Program-made: the position numbers and the translations under genes
Source of the DNA: Macrostomum lignano
Taxonomy: Eukaryota
Reading direction: 5' to 3'
Length of the DNA stretch: 64,000 bases
Assembly (NCBI GenBank): GCA_002269645.1
Contig: NIVC01002076.1
Location: forward strand, 1-64,000
Shown: positions 24,101-37,954 of the stretch, one piece after another
Position numbering within the stretch: the stretch's first letter is position 1
Layout: each line of letters opens with the position of its first letter
The notes under the pieces: model-generated
The model's input: only the letters and a program-made list of their open reading frames with translations
Told to the model about the DNA's origin: nothing
Databases searched by the model: none

Positions 24101-27100
24101 GATTTGGATTGAGCAGTGGATTGAGATTTGGATTGAGCAGTGGATTGGAGATTTAGATTGAGCAGTGGATTGGAGAGATTTAGATTAAGCAGTGGATTGG
24201 AGAGATTTAGATTAAGCAGTGGATTGGAGATTTGGATTGAGCAGTGGATTGGAGAGATTTAGATTAAGCAGTGGATTGGAGATTTGGATTGAGCAGTGGA
24301 TTGGAGAGATTTAGATTAAGCAGTGGATTGGAGAGATTTAGATTAAGCAGTGGATTGGAGATTTAGATTAAGCAGTGGATTGGAGATTTAGATTGAGCAG
24401 TGGATTGGAGATTTGGATTGAGCAGTGGATTGGAGATTTAGATTGAGCAGTGGATTGGAGATTTAGATTGAGCAGTGGATTGGAGATTTGATTGAGCAGT
24501 GAATTGGAGATTTGGATTGAGCAGTGGATTGGAGATTTGGATTGAGCAGTGGATTGGAGATTTGGATTGAGCAGTGGATTGGAGATTTGCATTGAGCAGT
24601 GAATTGGAGATTTGGATTGAGCAGTGGATTGGAGATTTGGATTGAGCAGTGGATTGGAGATTTGGATTGAGCAGTGGATTGGAGATTTAGATTGAGCAGT
24701 GGATTGGAGAGATTTAGATTAAGCAGTGGATTGGAGAGATTTAGATTAAGCAGTGGATTGGAGATTTAGATTGAGCAGTGGATTGGAGAGATTTAGATTA
24801 AGCAGTGGATTGGAGAGATTTAGATTAAGCAGTGGATTGGAGATTTGGATTGAGCAGTGGATTGGAGAGATTTCGATTAAGCAGTGGATTGGAGAGATTT
24901 AGATTAAGCAGTGGATTGGAGATTTAGATTGAGCAGTGGATTGGAGATTTAGATTGAGCAGTGGATTGGAGATTTAGATTAAGCAGTGGATTGGAGATTT
25001 GGATTGAGCAGTGGATTGGAGATTTGGATTGAGCAGTGGATTGGAGATTTAGATTGAGCAGTGGATTGGAGATTTAGATTGAGCAGTGGATTGGAGATTT
25101 GCATTGAGCAGTGATTGGAGATTTGGATTGAGCAGTGGATTGGAGATTTAGATTGAGCAGTGGATTGGAGATTTAGATTGAGCAGTGGATTGGAGATTTA
25201 GATTAAGCAGTGGATTGGAGATTTGGATTGAGCAGTGGATTGGAGATTTAGATTGAGCAGTGGATTGGAGATTTGGATTGAGCAGTGGATTGGAGACTTG
25301 GATTGAGCAGTGGATTGGAGATTTGCATTGAGCAGTGAATTGGAGATTTGGATTGAGCAGTGGATTGGAGATTTAGATTAAGCAGTGGATTGGAGATTTG
25401 GATTGAGCAGTGGATTGGAGATTTGGATTGAGCAGTGGATTGGAGATTTAGATTGAGCAGTGGATTGGAGATTTAGATTGAGCAGTGGATTGGAGATTTG
25501 CATTGAGCAGTGAATTGGAGATTTGGATTGAGCAGAGGTTTGGAGATTTAGATTGAGCAGTGGATTGGAGATTTAGATTGAGCAGTGGATTGGAGATTTA
25601 GATTAAGCAGTGGATTGGAGATTTGGATTGAGCAGTGGATTGGAGATTTAGATTGAGCAGTGGATTGGAGATTTGGATTGAGCAGTGGATTGGAGATTTG
25701 GATTGAGCAGTGGATTGGAGATTTGCATTGAGCAGTGAATTGGAGATTTGGATTGAGCAGTGGATTGGAGATTTAGATTGAGCAGTGGATTGAGAGATTT
25801 AGATTAAGCAGTGGATTGGAGAGATTTAGATTAAGCAGTGGATTGGAGATTTGGATTGAGCAGTGGATTGGAGAGATTTAGATTAAGCAGTGGATTGGAG
25901 AGATTTAGATTAAGCAGTGAATTGGAGATTTGGATTGAGCAGTGGATTGGAGAGATTTAGATTAAGCAGTGGATTGGAGATTTAGATTGAGCAGTGGATT
26001 GGAGATTTAGATTAAGCAGTGGATTGGAGATTTGGATTGAGCAGTGGATTGGAGATTTAGATTGAGCAGTGGATTGGAGATTTAGATTGAGCAGTGGATT
26101 GGAGATTTGGATTGAGCAGTGGATTGGAGATTTGGATTGAGCAGTGGATTGGAGATTTGGATTGAGCAGTGGATTGGAGAGATTTGGATTGAGCAGTGGA
26201 TTGGAGATTTGGATTGAGCAGTGGATTGGAGATTTGGATTGAGCAGTGGATTGGAGATTTGGATTGAGCAGTGGATTGGAGAGATTTGGATTGAGCAGTG
26301 GATTGGAGATTTGGATTGAGCAGTGATTGGAGATTTGGATTGAGCAGTGGATTGGAGATTTGGATTGAGCAGTGGATTGAAGATTTGGATTGAGCAGTGG
26401 ATTGGAGATTTAGATTGAGCAGTGGATTGGAGAGATTTAGATTAAGCAGTGGATTGGAGAGATTTAGATTAAGCAGTGGATTGGAGATTTGGATTGAGCA
26501 GTGGATTGGAGAGATTTAGATTAAGCAGTGGATTGGAGATTTGGATTGAGCAGTGGATTGGAGAGATTTAGATTAAGCAGTGGATTGGAGATTTGGATTG
26601 AGCAGTGGATTGGAGAGATTTAGATTAAGCAGTGGATTGGAGATTTGGATTGAGCAGTGAATTGGAGATTTGGATTGAGCAGTGGATTGGAGATTTGGAT
26701 TGAGCAGTGGATTGAAGATTTGGATTGAGCAGTGGATTGGAGATTTAGATTGAGCAGTGGATTGGAGAGATTTAGATTAAGCAGTGGATTGGAGAGATTT
26801 AGATTAAGCAGTGGATTGGAGATTTGGATTGAGCAGTGGATTGGAGAGATTTAGATTAAGCAGTGGATTGGAGATTTGGATTGAGCAGTGGATTGGAGAG
26901 ATTTAGATTAAGCAGTGGATTGGAGATTTAGATTGAGCAGTGGATTGGAGATTTAGATTAAGCAGTGGATTGGAGATTTGGATTGAGCAGTGGATTGGAG
27001 ATTTGGATTGAGCAGTGGATTGGAGATTTAGATTGAGCAGTGGATTGGAGATTTAGATTGAGCAGTGGATTGGAGATTTGATTGAGCAGTGATTGGAGAT

Positions 27101-30100
27101 TTGGATTGAGCAGTGGATTGGAGATTTGGATTGAGCAGTGGATTGGAGATTTGGATTGAGCAGTGGATTGGAGATTTGATTGAGCAGTGGATTGGAGATT
27201 TGGATTGAGCAGTGGATTGGAGATTTAGATTGAGCAGTGGATTGGAGATTTGGATTGAGCAGTGGATTGGAGATTTAGATTGAGCAGTGGATTGGAGATT
27301 TAGATTAAGCAGTGGATTGGAGAGATTTAGATTAAGCAGTGGATTGGAGATTTAGATTGAGCAGTGGATTGAGAGATTTAGATTAAGCAGTGGATTGGAG
27401 AGATTTAGATTAAGCAGTGGATTGGAGATTTAGATTGAGCAGTGGATTGGAGATTTAGATTGAGCAGTGGATTGGAGAGATTTAGATTAAGCAGTGGATT
27501 GGAGATTTAGATTGAGCAGTGGATTGGAGATTTAGATTGAGCAGTGGATTGGAGATTTAGATTGAGCAGTGGATTGGAGATTTGGATTGAGCAGTGGATT
27601 GGAGATTTAGATTGAGCAGTGGATTGGAGATTTAGATTGAGCAGTGGATTGGAGATTTAGATTGAGCAGTGGATTGGAGATTTGATTGAGCAGTGGATTG
27701 GAGATTTGGATTGAGCAGTGGATTGGAGATTTAGATTGAGCAGTGGATTGGAGATTTAGATTGAGCAGTGGATTGGAGATTTAGATTGAGCAGTGGATTG
27801 GAGATTTGGATTGAGCAGTGGATTGGAGATTTAGATTGAGCAGTGGATTGGAGATTTGATTGAGCAGTGGATTGGAGATTTGGATTGAGCAGTGGATTGG
27901 AGATTTGATTGAGCAGTGGATTGGAGATTTGGATTGAGCAGTGGATTGGAGATTTAGATTGAGCAGTGGATTGGAGATTTGGATTGAGCAGTGGATTGGA
28001 GATTTAGATTGAGCAGTGGATTGGAGATTTAGATTGAGCAGTGGATTGGAGATTTAGATTGAGCAGTGGATTGGAGATTTGATTGAGCAGTGGATTGGAG
28101 ATTTAGATTGAGCAGTGGATTGGAGATTTAGATTGAGCAGTGGATTGGAGATTTAGATTGAGCAGTGGATTGGAGATTTAGATTGAGCAGTGGATTGGAG
28201 ATTTGGATTGAGCAGTGGATTGGAGATTTAGATTGAGCAGTGGATTGGAGATTTGATTGAGCAGTGGATTGGAGATTTGGATTGAGCAGTGGATTGGAGA
28301 TTTAGATTGAGCAGTGGATTGGAGATTTAGATTGAGCAGTGGATTGGAGATTTAGATTGAGCAGTGGATTGGAGATTTAGATTGAGCAGTGGATTGGAGA
28401 GATTTAGATTAAGCAGTGGATTGGAGATTTAGATTGAGCAGTGGATTGGAGATTTGGATTGAGCAGTGGATTGGAGAGATTTAGATTAAGCAGTGGATTG
28501 GAGATTTAGATTGAGCAGTGGATTGGAGATTTAGATTAAGCAGTGGATTGGAGATTTGGATTGAGCAGTGGATTGGAGATTTAGATTGAGCAGTGGATTG
28601 GAGATTTAGATTGAGCAGTGGATTGGAGATTTGATTGAGCAGTGGATTGGAGATTTGGATTGAGCAGTGGATTGGAGATTTAGATTGAGCAGTGGATTGG
28701 AGATTTAGATTGAGCAGTGGATTGGAGATTTAGATTGAGCAGTGGATTGGAGATTTAGATTGAGCAGTGGATTGAGAGATTTGGATTGAGCAGTGGATTG
28801 GAGATTTGGATTGAGCAGTGGATTGGAGATTTGATTGAGCAGTGGATTGGAGATTTGGATTGAGCAGTGGATTGGAGATTTGCATTGAGCAGTGGATTGG
28901 AGATTTGGATTGAGCAGTGGATTGGAGATTTGATTGAGCAGTGGATTGGAGATTTGATTGAGCAGTGGATTGGAGAGATTTGGATTGAGCAGTGGATTGG
29001 AGATTTGCATTGAGCAGTGGATTGGAGATTTGATTGAGCAGTGGATTGGAGATTTGGATTGAGCAGTGGATTGGAGATTTGATTGAGCAGTGGATTGGAG
29101 ATTTAGATTGAGCAGTGGATTGGAGATTTAGATTAAGCAGTGGATTGGAGATTTGGATTGAGCAGTGGATTGGAGAGATTTAGATTAAGCAGTGGATTGG
29201 AGATTTGGATTGAGCAGTGGATTGGAGAGATTTAGATTAAGCAGTGGATTGGAGATTTGGATTGAGCAGTGGATTGGAGAGATTTAGATTAAGCAGTGGA
29301 TTGGAGAGATTTAGATTAAGCAGTGGATTGGAGATTTAGATTGAGCAGTGGATTGGAGAGATTTAGATTAAGCAGTGGATTGGAGATTTAGATTAAGCAG
29401 TGGATTGGAGATTTAGATTAAGCAGTGGATTGGAGATTTGGATTGAGCAGTGGATTGGAGATTTAGATTGAGCAGTGGATTGGAGATTTAGATTGAGCAG
29501 TGGATTGGAGATTTGCATTGAGCAGTGAATTGGAGATTTGGATTGAGCAGTGGATTGGAGATTTAGATTAAGCAGTGGATTGGAGATTTGGATTGAGCAG
29601 TGGATTGGAGATTTAGATTGAGCAGTGGATTGGAGATTTAGATTGAGCAGTGGATTGGAGATTTGATTGAGCAGTGGATTGGAGATTTGGATTGAGCAGT
29701 GGATTGGAGATTTAGATTGAGCAGTGGATTGGAGATTTAGATTGAGCAGTGGATTGGAGATTTAGATTAAGCAGTGGATTGGAGATTTGGATTGAGCAGT
29801 GGATTGGAGATTTAGATTGAGCAGTGGATTGGAGATTTGGATTGAGCAGTGGATTGGAGAGATTTAGATTAAGCAGTGGATTGGAGATTTGGATTGAGCA
29901 GTGGATTGGAGAGATTTAGATTAAGCAGTGGATTGGAGAGATTTAGATTAAGCAGTGAATTGGAGATTTGGATTGAGCAGTGGATTGGAGAGATTTAGAT
30001 TAAGCAGTGGATTGGAGATTTAGATTGAGCAGTGGATTGGAGAGATTTGGATTGAGCAGTGGATTGGAGATTTGGATTGAGCAGTGGATTGGAGATTTAG

Positions 30101-33100
30101 ATTGAGCAGTGGATTGGAGATTTAGATTGAGCAGTGGATTGGAGATTTGATTGAGCAGTGATTGGAGATTTGGATTGAGCAGTGGATTGGAGATTTAGAT
30201 TGAGCAGTGGATTGGAGAGATTTAGATTAAGCAGTGGATTGGAGAGATTTAGATTAAGCAGTGGATTGGAGATTTGGATTGAGCAGTGAATTGGAGAGAC
30301 TTGGATTGAGCAGTGGATTGGAGAGACTTGGATTGAGCAGTGGATTGGAGATTTGCATTGAGCAGTGGATTGGAGATTTGGATTGAGCAGTGGATTGGAG
30401 ATTTGCATTGAGCAGTGGATTGGAGATTTGGATTGAGCAGTGGATTGGAGAGATTTGGATTGAGCAGTGGATTGGAGATTTGGATTGAGCAGTGGATTGC
30501 AGAGACTTGGATTGAGCAGTGGATTGGAGATTTGCATTGAGCAGTGAATTGGAGATTTGCATTGAGCAGTGAATTGGAGATTTGGATTGAGCAGTGGATT
30601 GGAGATTTAGATTGAGCAGTGGATTGGAGAGATTTAGATTAAGCAGTGGATTGGAGAGATTTAGATTAAGCAGTGGATTGGAGATTTGGATTGAGCAGTG
30701 GATTGGAGAGATTTAGATTAAGCAGTGGATTGGAGATTTGGATTGAGCAGTGGATTGGAGAGATTTAGATTAAGCAGTGGATTGGAGATTTGGATTGAGC
30801 AGTGGATTGGAGAGATTTAGATTAAGCAGTGGATTGGAGAGATTTAGATTAAGCAGTGGATTGGAGATTTGGATTGAGCAGTGGATTGGAGAGATTTAGA
30901 TTAAGCAGTGGATTGGAGAGATTTAGATTAAGCAGTGGATTGGAGATTTGGATTGAGTAGTGAATTGGAGATTTGGATTGAGCAGTGGATTGGAGATTTG
31001 CATTGAGCAGTGGATTGGAGATTTAGATTGAGCAGTGGATTGGAGATTTGCATTGAGCAGTGAATTGGAGATTTGGATTGAGCAGTGGATTGGAGAGATT
31101 TGGATTGAGCAGTGGATTGGAGATTTGGATTGAGCAGTGGATTGGAGATTTGCATTGAGCAGTGAATTGGAGAGATTTAGATTGAGCAGTGGATTGGAGA
31201 TTTGGATTGAGCAGTGGATTGGAGATTTGGATTGAGCAGTGGATTGGAGATTTGGATTGAGCAGTGGATTGGAGAGATTTGGATTGAGCAGTGGATTGGA
31301 GATTTGGATTGAGCAGTGGATTGGAGATTTGGATTGAGCAGTGGATTGGAGATTTGGATTGAGCAGTGGATTGGAGAGATTTGGATTGAGCAGTGGATTG
31401 GAGATTTGGATTGAGCAGTGAATTGGAGATTTGGATTGAGCAGTGGATTGGAGATTTGGATTGAGCAGTGGATTGAAGATTTGGATTGAGCAGTGGATTG
31501 GAGATTTAGATTGAGCAGTGGATTGGAGAGATTTAGATTAAGCAGTGGATTGGAGAGATTTAGATTAAGCAGTGGATTGGAGATTTGGATTGAGCAGTGG
31601 ATTGGAGAGATTTAGATTAAGCAGTGGATTGGAGAGATTTAGATTAAGCAGTGGATTGGAGATTTGGATTGAGCAGTGGATTGGAGAGATTTAGATTAAG
31701 CAGTGGATTGGAGAGATTTAGATTAAGCAGTGGATTGGAGATTTAGATTAAGCAGTGGATTGGAGATTTGGATTGAGCAGTGAATTGGAGATTTGGATTG
31801 AGCAGTGGATTGGAGATTTAGATTGAGCAGTGGATTGGAGATTTAGATTGAGCAGTGGATTGGAGATTTGCATTGAGCAGTGAATTGGAGATTTGGATTG
31901 AGCAGTGGATTGGAGATTTGGATTGAGCAGTGGATTGAAGATTTGGATTGAGCAGTGGATTGGAGATTTGCATTGAGCAGTGAATTGGAGATTTGGATTG
32001 AGCAGTGGATTGGAGATTTGGATTGAGCAGTGGATTGGAGATTTGAATTGAGCAGTGGATTGGAGATTTAGATTGAGCAGTGGATTGGAGAGATTTAGAT
32101 TAAGCAGTGGATTGGAGAGATTTAGATTAAGCAGTGGATTGGAGATTTAGATTGAGCAGTGGATTGGAAAGATTTAGATTAAGCAGTGGATTGGAGAGAT
32201 TTAGATTAAGCAGTGGATTGGAGATTTGGATTGAGCAGTGGATTGGAGAGATTTAGATTAAGCAGTGGATTGGAGAGATTTAGATTAAGCAGTGGATTGG
32301 AGATTTAGATTGAGCAGTGGATTGGAGATTTAGATTGAGCAGTGGATTGGAGATTTAGATTAAGCAGTGGATTGGAGATTTAGATTGAGCAGTGGATTGG
32401 AGATTTAGATTGAGCAGTGGATTGGAGATTTAGATTGAGCAGTGGATTGGAGATTTGCATTGAGCAGTGGATTGGAGATTTGGATTGAGCAGTGGATTGG
32501 AGATTTAGATTGAGCAGTGGATTGGAGATTTAGATTGAGCAGTGGATTGGAGATTTAGATTGAGCAGTGGATTGGAGATTTAGATTGAGCAGTGGATTGG
32601 AGATTTGCATTGAGCAGTGAATTGGAGATTTGGATTGAGCAGTGGATTGGAGATTTAGATTGAGCAGTGGATTGGAGATTTAGATTGAGCAGTGGATTGG
32701 AGATTTAGATTAAGCAGTGGATTGGAGATTTGGATTGAGCAGTGGATTGGAGATTTAGATTGAGCAGTGGATTGGAGATTTGGATTGAGCAGTGGATTGG
32801 AGACTTGGATTGAGCAGTGGATTGGAGATTTGCATTGAGCAGTGAATTGGAGATTTGGATTGAGCAGTGGATTGGAGATTTAGATTGAGCAGTGGATTGG
32901 AGAGATTTAGATTAAGCAGTGGATTGGAGAGATTTAGATTAAGCAGTGGATTGGAGATTTGGATTGAGCAGTGGATTGGAGAGATTTAGATTAAGCAGTG
33001 GATTGGAGAGATTTAGATTAAGCAGTGGATTGGAGATTTGGATTGAGCAATGGATTGGAGAGATTTAGATTAAGCAGTGGATTGGAGAGATTTAGATTAA

Positions 33101-36100
33101 GCAGTGGATTGGAGATTTGGATTGAGCAGTGGATTGGAGAGATTTAGATTAAGCAGTGGATTGGAGAGATTTAGATTAAGCAGTGGATTGGAGATTTGGA
33201 TTGAGTAGTGGATTGGAGATTTGCATTGAGCAGTGAATTGGAGATTTGGATTGAGCAGTGGATTGGAGATTTAGATTGAGCAGTGGATTGGAGAGATTTA
33301 GATTAAGCAGTGGATTGGAGAGATTTAGATTGAGCAGTGGATTGGAGATTTGCATTGAGCAGTGGATTGGAGATTTGGATTGAGCAGTGGATTGGAGATT
33401 TGCATTGAGCAGTGGATTGGAGATTTGGATTGAGCAGTGGATTGGAGAGATTTGGATTGAGCAGTGGATTGGAGAGACTTGGATTGAGCAGTGGATTGGA
33501 GATTTGCATTGAGCAGTGAATTGGAGATTTGCATTGAGCAGTGGATTGGAGATTTGGATTGAGCAGTGGATTGGAGAGATTTGGATTGAGCAGTGGATTG
33601 GAGATTTGGATTGAGCAGTGGATTGGAGAGACTTGGATTGAGCAGTGGATTGGAGATTTAGATTGAGCAGTGGATTGGAGATTTGGATTGAGCAGTGAAT
33701 TGGAGAGACTTGGATTGAGCAGTGGATTGGAGATTTGCATTGAGCAGTGGATTGGAGATTTGCATTGAGCAGTGAATTGGAGAGACTTGGATTGAGCAGT
33801 GGATTGGAGATTTGCATTGAGCAGTGAATTGGAGAGACTTGGATTGAGCAGTGGATTGGAGATTTGCATTGAGCAGTGGATTGGAGATTTGAATTGAGCA
33901 GTGGATTGGAGAGACTTGGATTGAGCAGTGGATTGGAGATTTGCATTGAGCAGTGGATTGGAGAGATTTGGATTGAGCAGTGGATTGGAGATTTGCATTG
34001 AGCAGTGGATTGGAGAGATTTGGATTGAGCAGTGGATTGGAGAGATTTGGATTGAGCAGTGGATTGGAGATTTGCATTGAGCAGTTGATTGGAGAGACTT
34101 GGATTGAGCAGTGGATTGGAGAGACTTGGATTGAGCAGTGGATTGGAGAGATTTGGATTGAGCAGTGGATTGGAGATTTGCATTGAGCAGTGAATTGGAG
34201 AGACTTGCATTGAGCAGTGGATTGGAGATTTGAATTGAGCAATGGATTGGAGAGACTTGGATTGAGCAGTGGATTGGAGAGACTTGGATTGATCAGTGGA
34301 TTGGAGATTTGCATTGAGCAGTGGATTGGAGATTTGCATTGAGCAGTGAATTGGAGAGACTTGGATTGAGCAGTGGATTGGAGATTTGCATTGAGCAGTG
34401 GATTGGAGAGACTTGGATTGAGCAGTGGATTGGAGAGATTTGCATTGAGCAGTGGATTTGAGATTTAGATTGAGCAGTGGATTGGAGATTTGGATTGAGC
34501 AGTGGATTGGAGAGACTTGGATTGAGCAGTGGATTGGAGATTTGCATTGAGCAGTGGATTAGAGATTTGCATTGAGCAGTGGATTGGAGAGACTTGGATT
34601 GAGCAGTGGATTGGAGATTTGCATTGAGCAGTGGATTGGAGATTTGCATTGAGCAGTGGATTGGAGAGACTTGGATTGAGCAGTCCCACTTGAATCATCA
34701 ATGCCGCTTGCATGAGCCTGACTGGCCCACCCCGTCAACCTTCACCCAGGTCGCTGAATACATCGGCATTGAACGACCCGACGTTACTCGTTTAGAGAAG
34801 CACCCAGCCTCCTTCCTGGAGGCCATGGAGTCGCACCTGGCTCACCTGGAAGGCCGCTCCAGGCCGGCGGTCAGCAGTCAGCAGCAGAAGGTCTCGGCGG
34901 CTTCGGGCATGCCTCGGTCTGCAAGCTCTAGCGGCGGTCTGGGCGCCCCGTCGTCATCTGCTGCCGCGCCTAAGCTTAGCCAGGTGCTACTAGAAGAGCA
35001 GCAGCAGCTGGATAGACTCAAGGCTGAGCAGATGCAGCGCCAGACGGCAGCCAATGCAGCTGCTAAGCCTGCTCAGGCGCCGGCTTCAGTAGACGATTTC
35101 TTCCTAATTGGCAGCGGTGCATCAACAGCAGGTTGTTATTCTTTCTGTACTGATTCTACTACTGTCCAGTTGCTTATCAGTAGTAAAATGAGAATAGTGA
35201 GTACTATTTTCTCCCATCCCGTGACCAATTTAGCACCGGCGCCTGTCGATGTGCAGCAGCGACATCCGGCCGCGCCAGCGTCTCCGTTTGTGGCCAATTT
35301 TCCAGCTTTAAATAATGCAGTTCCTCAGAACAGCAACGGTAGGTTTGTTTTTTTTTGCAGCTCTTTTGTATTGTCTGCTCAACCCCTGCAACCGGTTTTG
35401 ATGCCTTACTGTGTTTAAATCCCCATTTCCCATCCCCTAACTCACTGTCAATCCCCATTTCCCATCCTTTGACTCATTGATTGGCAATCCCCATTTCCCA
35501 TCCTGTGACTCACTGTCAATCCCTGACTCACTTTCAATCCCCATTTCCCATCCCCTGACTCCCCTGGCGCTAAGTCTCGCCCCCATTCCCAATTCCCCAT
35601 TCAAGGCTTCGATCCGTTCGGCTCGGTGCTGCAGCCGGTCAGCGCCAGCAGCGGCGCTACTGCAGATGGCGCCAATAATAACAAATCGGCGCCTGTCAAT
35701 TTAAACAAAACCGGCTCCGGCAGCGGCAGCGGCATAACTGGGGACTTGGACTCGAGCCTGGCCACTCTGGTTGGCAATCTCAACATGAGGCAGGGCGGCC
35801 AGTACTCACAGGGCGGCAAGCAGCAGGCCGTCAACTGGGCCGTCGGCTCTTCGTCGTCGACCAATTCGTCGTCAGTTGCCTCGTCGTCTGTCGCGTTCGG
35901 GCGTACCGCGGCGGCTGGAGGCGTCGGCGGCGGGGTGAAGATCTCCGCTGGACCGACCGTCAATTGGGGACAGGTATGTGGAGGTTGGCGCACTTGGCTG
36001 TCTAAACCAGGTCGCAGACTTAAAATACTTGGGAAAGCTTTGTCCGTGTCTCTTTTAACCTTAGCATTAAAATAGAAAATTGTGTTTTAGGTTTTGTTTC

Positions 36101-36751
36101 CAGTCCAGGTGCCTATAAAAGCTGTTTAGTTTTCCTCGGTATTTTAAAATGTCATCAGTAGTCCCTGGTATTAGAAGCTTCGTTTTATTTCCTCTAGTTA
36201 TTAGATTAGTCCATGTCGATATACATGTAAGCTTTGTTTCCCGTCCAGTAATTATTTCAGTAGTCCCTGGCGTTATAGTTTCTCGTCCACTAGTCCCTGG
36301 CGTTAAAGTTTCTCGTCCAATAGTTATTTAAGTCGTCCCTGGCGTTGTAGGTTCTCGTCCACTAGTTATTTCAGTCGTCCCTGGCGTTATAGTTTCTCGT
36401 CCACTAGTTATTTCAGTAGTCCCTGGCGTTATGAGCTCTGATCTCATGCTTGCACCCATGTCTCCACAGCAGCCCCAGTATCCGGCTGTTTCGTCCGCCT
36501 ACGGCGCGCAGTCGATGGGATTTCTGCACACCCAGTCGCAGCCGGCTTTCCGTATGTCGCCGCAGCAAATGCAGCAGCAGCAGCAGCAGCAGCAGGCTGG
36601 GTGGCATCAGCAGGCTGCTAATCAGCAGGTGAGGGATAAATAGCCTCAACTGTATTTGCGATACCAGTGCATTATTTACGAGTATATTTAAGTACATTTG
36701 TTATCGAAACAATTTCAGCCGAACCCCAACGACCCGTTCGGAGCTTTGTAA
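15158..36751 (+). CDS. PICALM: Phosphatidylinositol-binding clathrin assembly protein (CALM/AP180 family, ANTH domain), 8 exons, ~613 aa
   Basis: Exons 15158-15320, 19482-19792, 20212-20532, 34750-35131, 35234-35338, 35606-35973, 36470-36628, 36719-36751; all GT-AG and phase-consistent. Motifs: [66 protein letters not shown] motifs, C-terminal NDPFGAL*. Confidence 0.93.
18855..19424 (+). repeat. ~30-bp minisatellite (GAGCCTTGTCATCTCAGCAATTACTCCAT) in PICALM intron 1
   Basis: ~19 units ending ~57 bp before exon 2. Confidence 0.9.
19915..20150 (+). repeat. Degenerate GGAATGTGTTGTAC repeat in PICALM intron 2
   Basis: Recurrent GAATGT(G/A)TTGT motif. Confidence 0.7.
20590..20895 (+). repeat. 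31-bp minisatellite (GGAATGCACTGTGATTAGCTATAAATGTGTT) in PICALM intron 3
   Basis: ~9-10 units. Confidence 0.9.
21364..21900 (+). repeat. 15-bp repeat (GGCGCCCCTGGTGCT) followed by a 51-bp repeat, PICALM intron 3
   Basis: 15-bp units at 21364-21480; 51-bp units GGGCTAAAACCCCCGATTCTTGGTGCTAAACCCCTGGTGCAGAAGCCCCTA to ~21900. Confidence 0.9.
22518..34684 (+). repeat. 12.2-kb 25/27-bp satellite (GATTGGA[GA]GATTT(G/A)GATT(G/A)AGCAGTG) in PICALM intron 3
   Basis: Continuous array ending 65 bp before the exon 4 acceptor. Confidence 0.98.
35418..35600 (+). repeat. ~32-bp repeat (CCCCATTTCCCATCCCCTGACTCACTGTCAAT) in PICALM intron 5
   Basis: Several degenerate units running up to the acceptor. Confidence 0.8.
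36150..36430 (+). repeat. ~42-bp repeat (GTCCCTGGCGTTATAGTTTCTCGTCCACTAGTTATTTCAGTA) in PICALM intron 6
   Basis: About 5 units, the outer ones degenerate. Confidence 0.8.
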
Positions 36752-36863
36752 ACTCGCCGTTTGATCGGTTGGTGGTTGATAGCGGCTGCTAAAAGCACAC
36801 TTAAAGATTTTTCTGTATGTAACATTTTGGTTTGTCACTTTCCGTTAGAGCTCTTGTCGGCTA

Positions 36864-37060
36864 GTTAGCATCTAGAACACAATGATGCGGTCCAGTTAGC
36901 ATCTAGAACACAATGATGCGGTCCAGTTAGCATCTAGAACACAATGATGCGGTCCAGCTAGCATCTAGAACACAATGATGCGGTCCAGCTAGCATCTAGA
37001 ACACAATGATGCGGTCCAGTTAGCATCTAGGACTAGAACACAATGATGCGGTCCAGTTAG
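36864..37060 (+). repeat. 31-bp repeat (GTTAGCATCTAGAACACAATGATGCGGTCCA) downstream of the PICALM stop codon
   Basis: ~6 units. Confidence 0.9.
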
Positions 37061-37954
37061 TGTCTGTAATTCTGTACCACTTAAAAATGATTGGCCTAGC
37101 AATAAAGGTGGAATGGGTGAACATTTTGGCTCAGTAATGTCTTAGTCGGTGGCTTGGTCTCGCGCGTATCGAAAATTATTCTATCTTTATCTTCCATGTC
37201 TATTTCTGTTATACTCGAAGACTTTTAAATATTAATTATACCTCTGATTTCTTGATTACTTCCAAATTTTTATAAAATTTGCTACTGCTAAAAGTACTTT
37301 TAGTTTGTTTGGCTTGCAACCTATTTATAAACAATTATTTGGATTTATTTTACGGTAACAAAGAAACATATTAGTTCTTCAGTAGTAAACCACTTATAAA
37401 CTGAATTTGATAATTCAATACTTTTTTATTGCAATGTGATACAAAGCTCTTGAAATTTGTTAATGACTTCACCTCAATTTTAATAGCAACGCTTTGTGAT
37501 TGTTTCATCTTGGCAATTTAGCTTGTGTTTCAGTTTAGGCTTACGTGGTCTCTCGAGCGTCTCACTCTACTTAAAGTAGAGAGCTGGGTGATTTATCCAT
37601 TTTCTAAGAACATTTTTGCTGTTTATGCCTACCGTTTTTTTTGAAACTTGTATGTACTGTATATGTATGATAATTTTTACACGAGTCCTTTATATTGAAA
37701 TCTTATTTATCTATCTATCCAATCCGAGTTTTCTGATTCCTTTAAGTCAGGCCTGACTCTGCTGTCACCGGCCTGGGTATATTTCATTCTAGGTACATTT
37801 ATAGGTACAATAGGTACAATAAGGTACAATAACGCGTCCTTTTTTCTGTAGCATTTGCGTGTGTTCCTGGCTCACAGCAGCGTTGTAATTTGATACTCTG
37901 CAATAGGCAACCCCTATGCCCCGGTTAGCCTCACGATCCCGGTCAACCGGGTCC

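Noticed and set aside
22518-34684. CRISPR-like array, or many ([11 protein letters not shown])n ORFs
   Set aside because: Units are contiguous with no unique spacers, the context is a eukaryotic intron, and the ORFs are by-products of the satellite.
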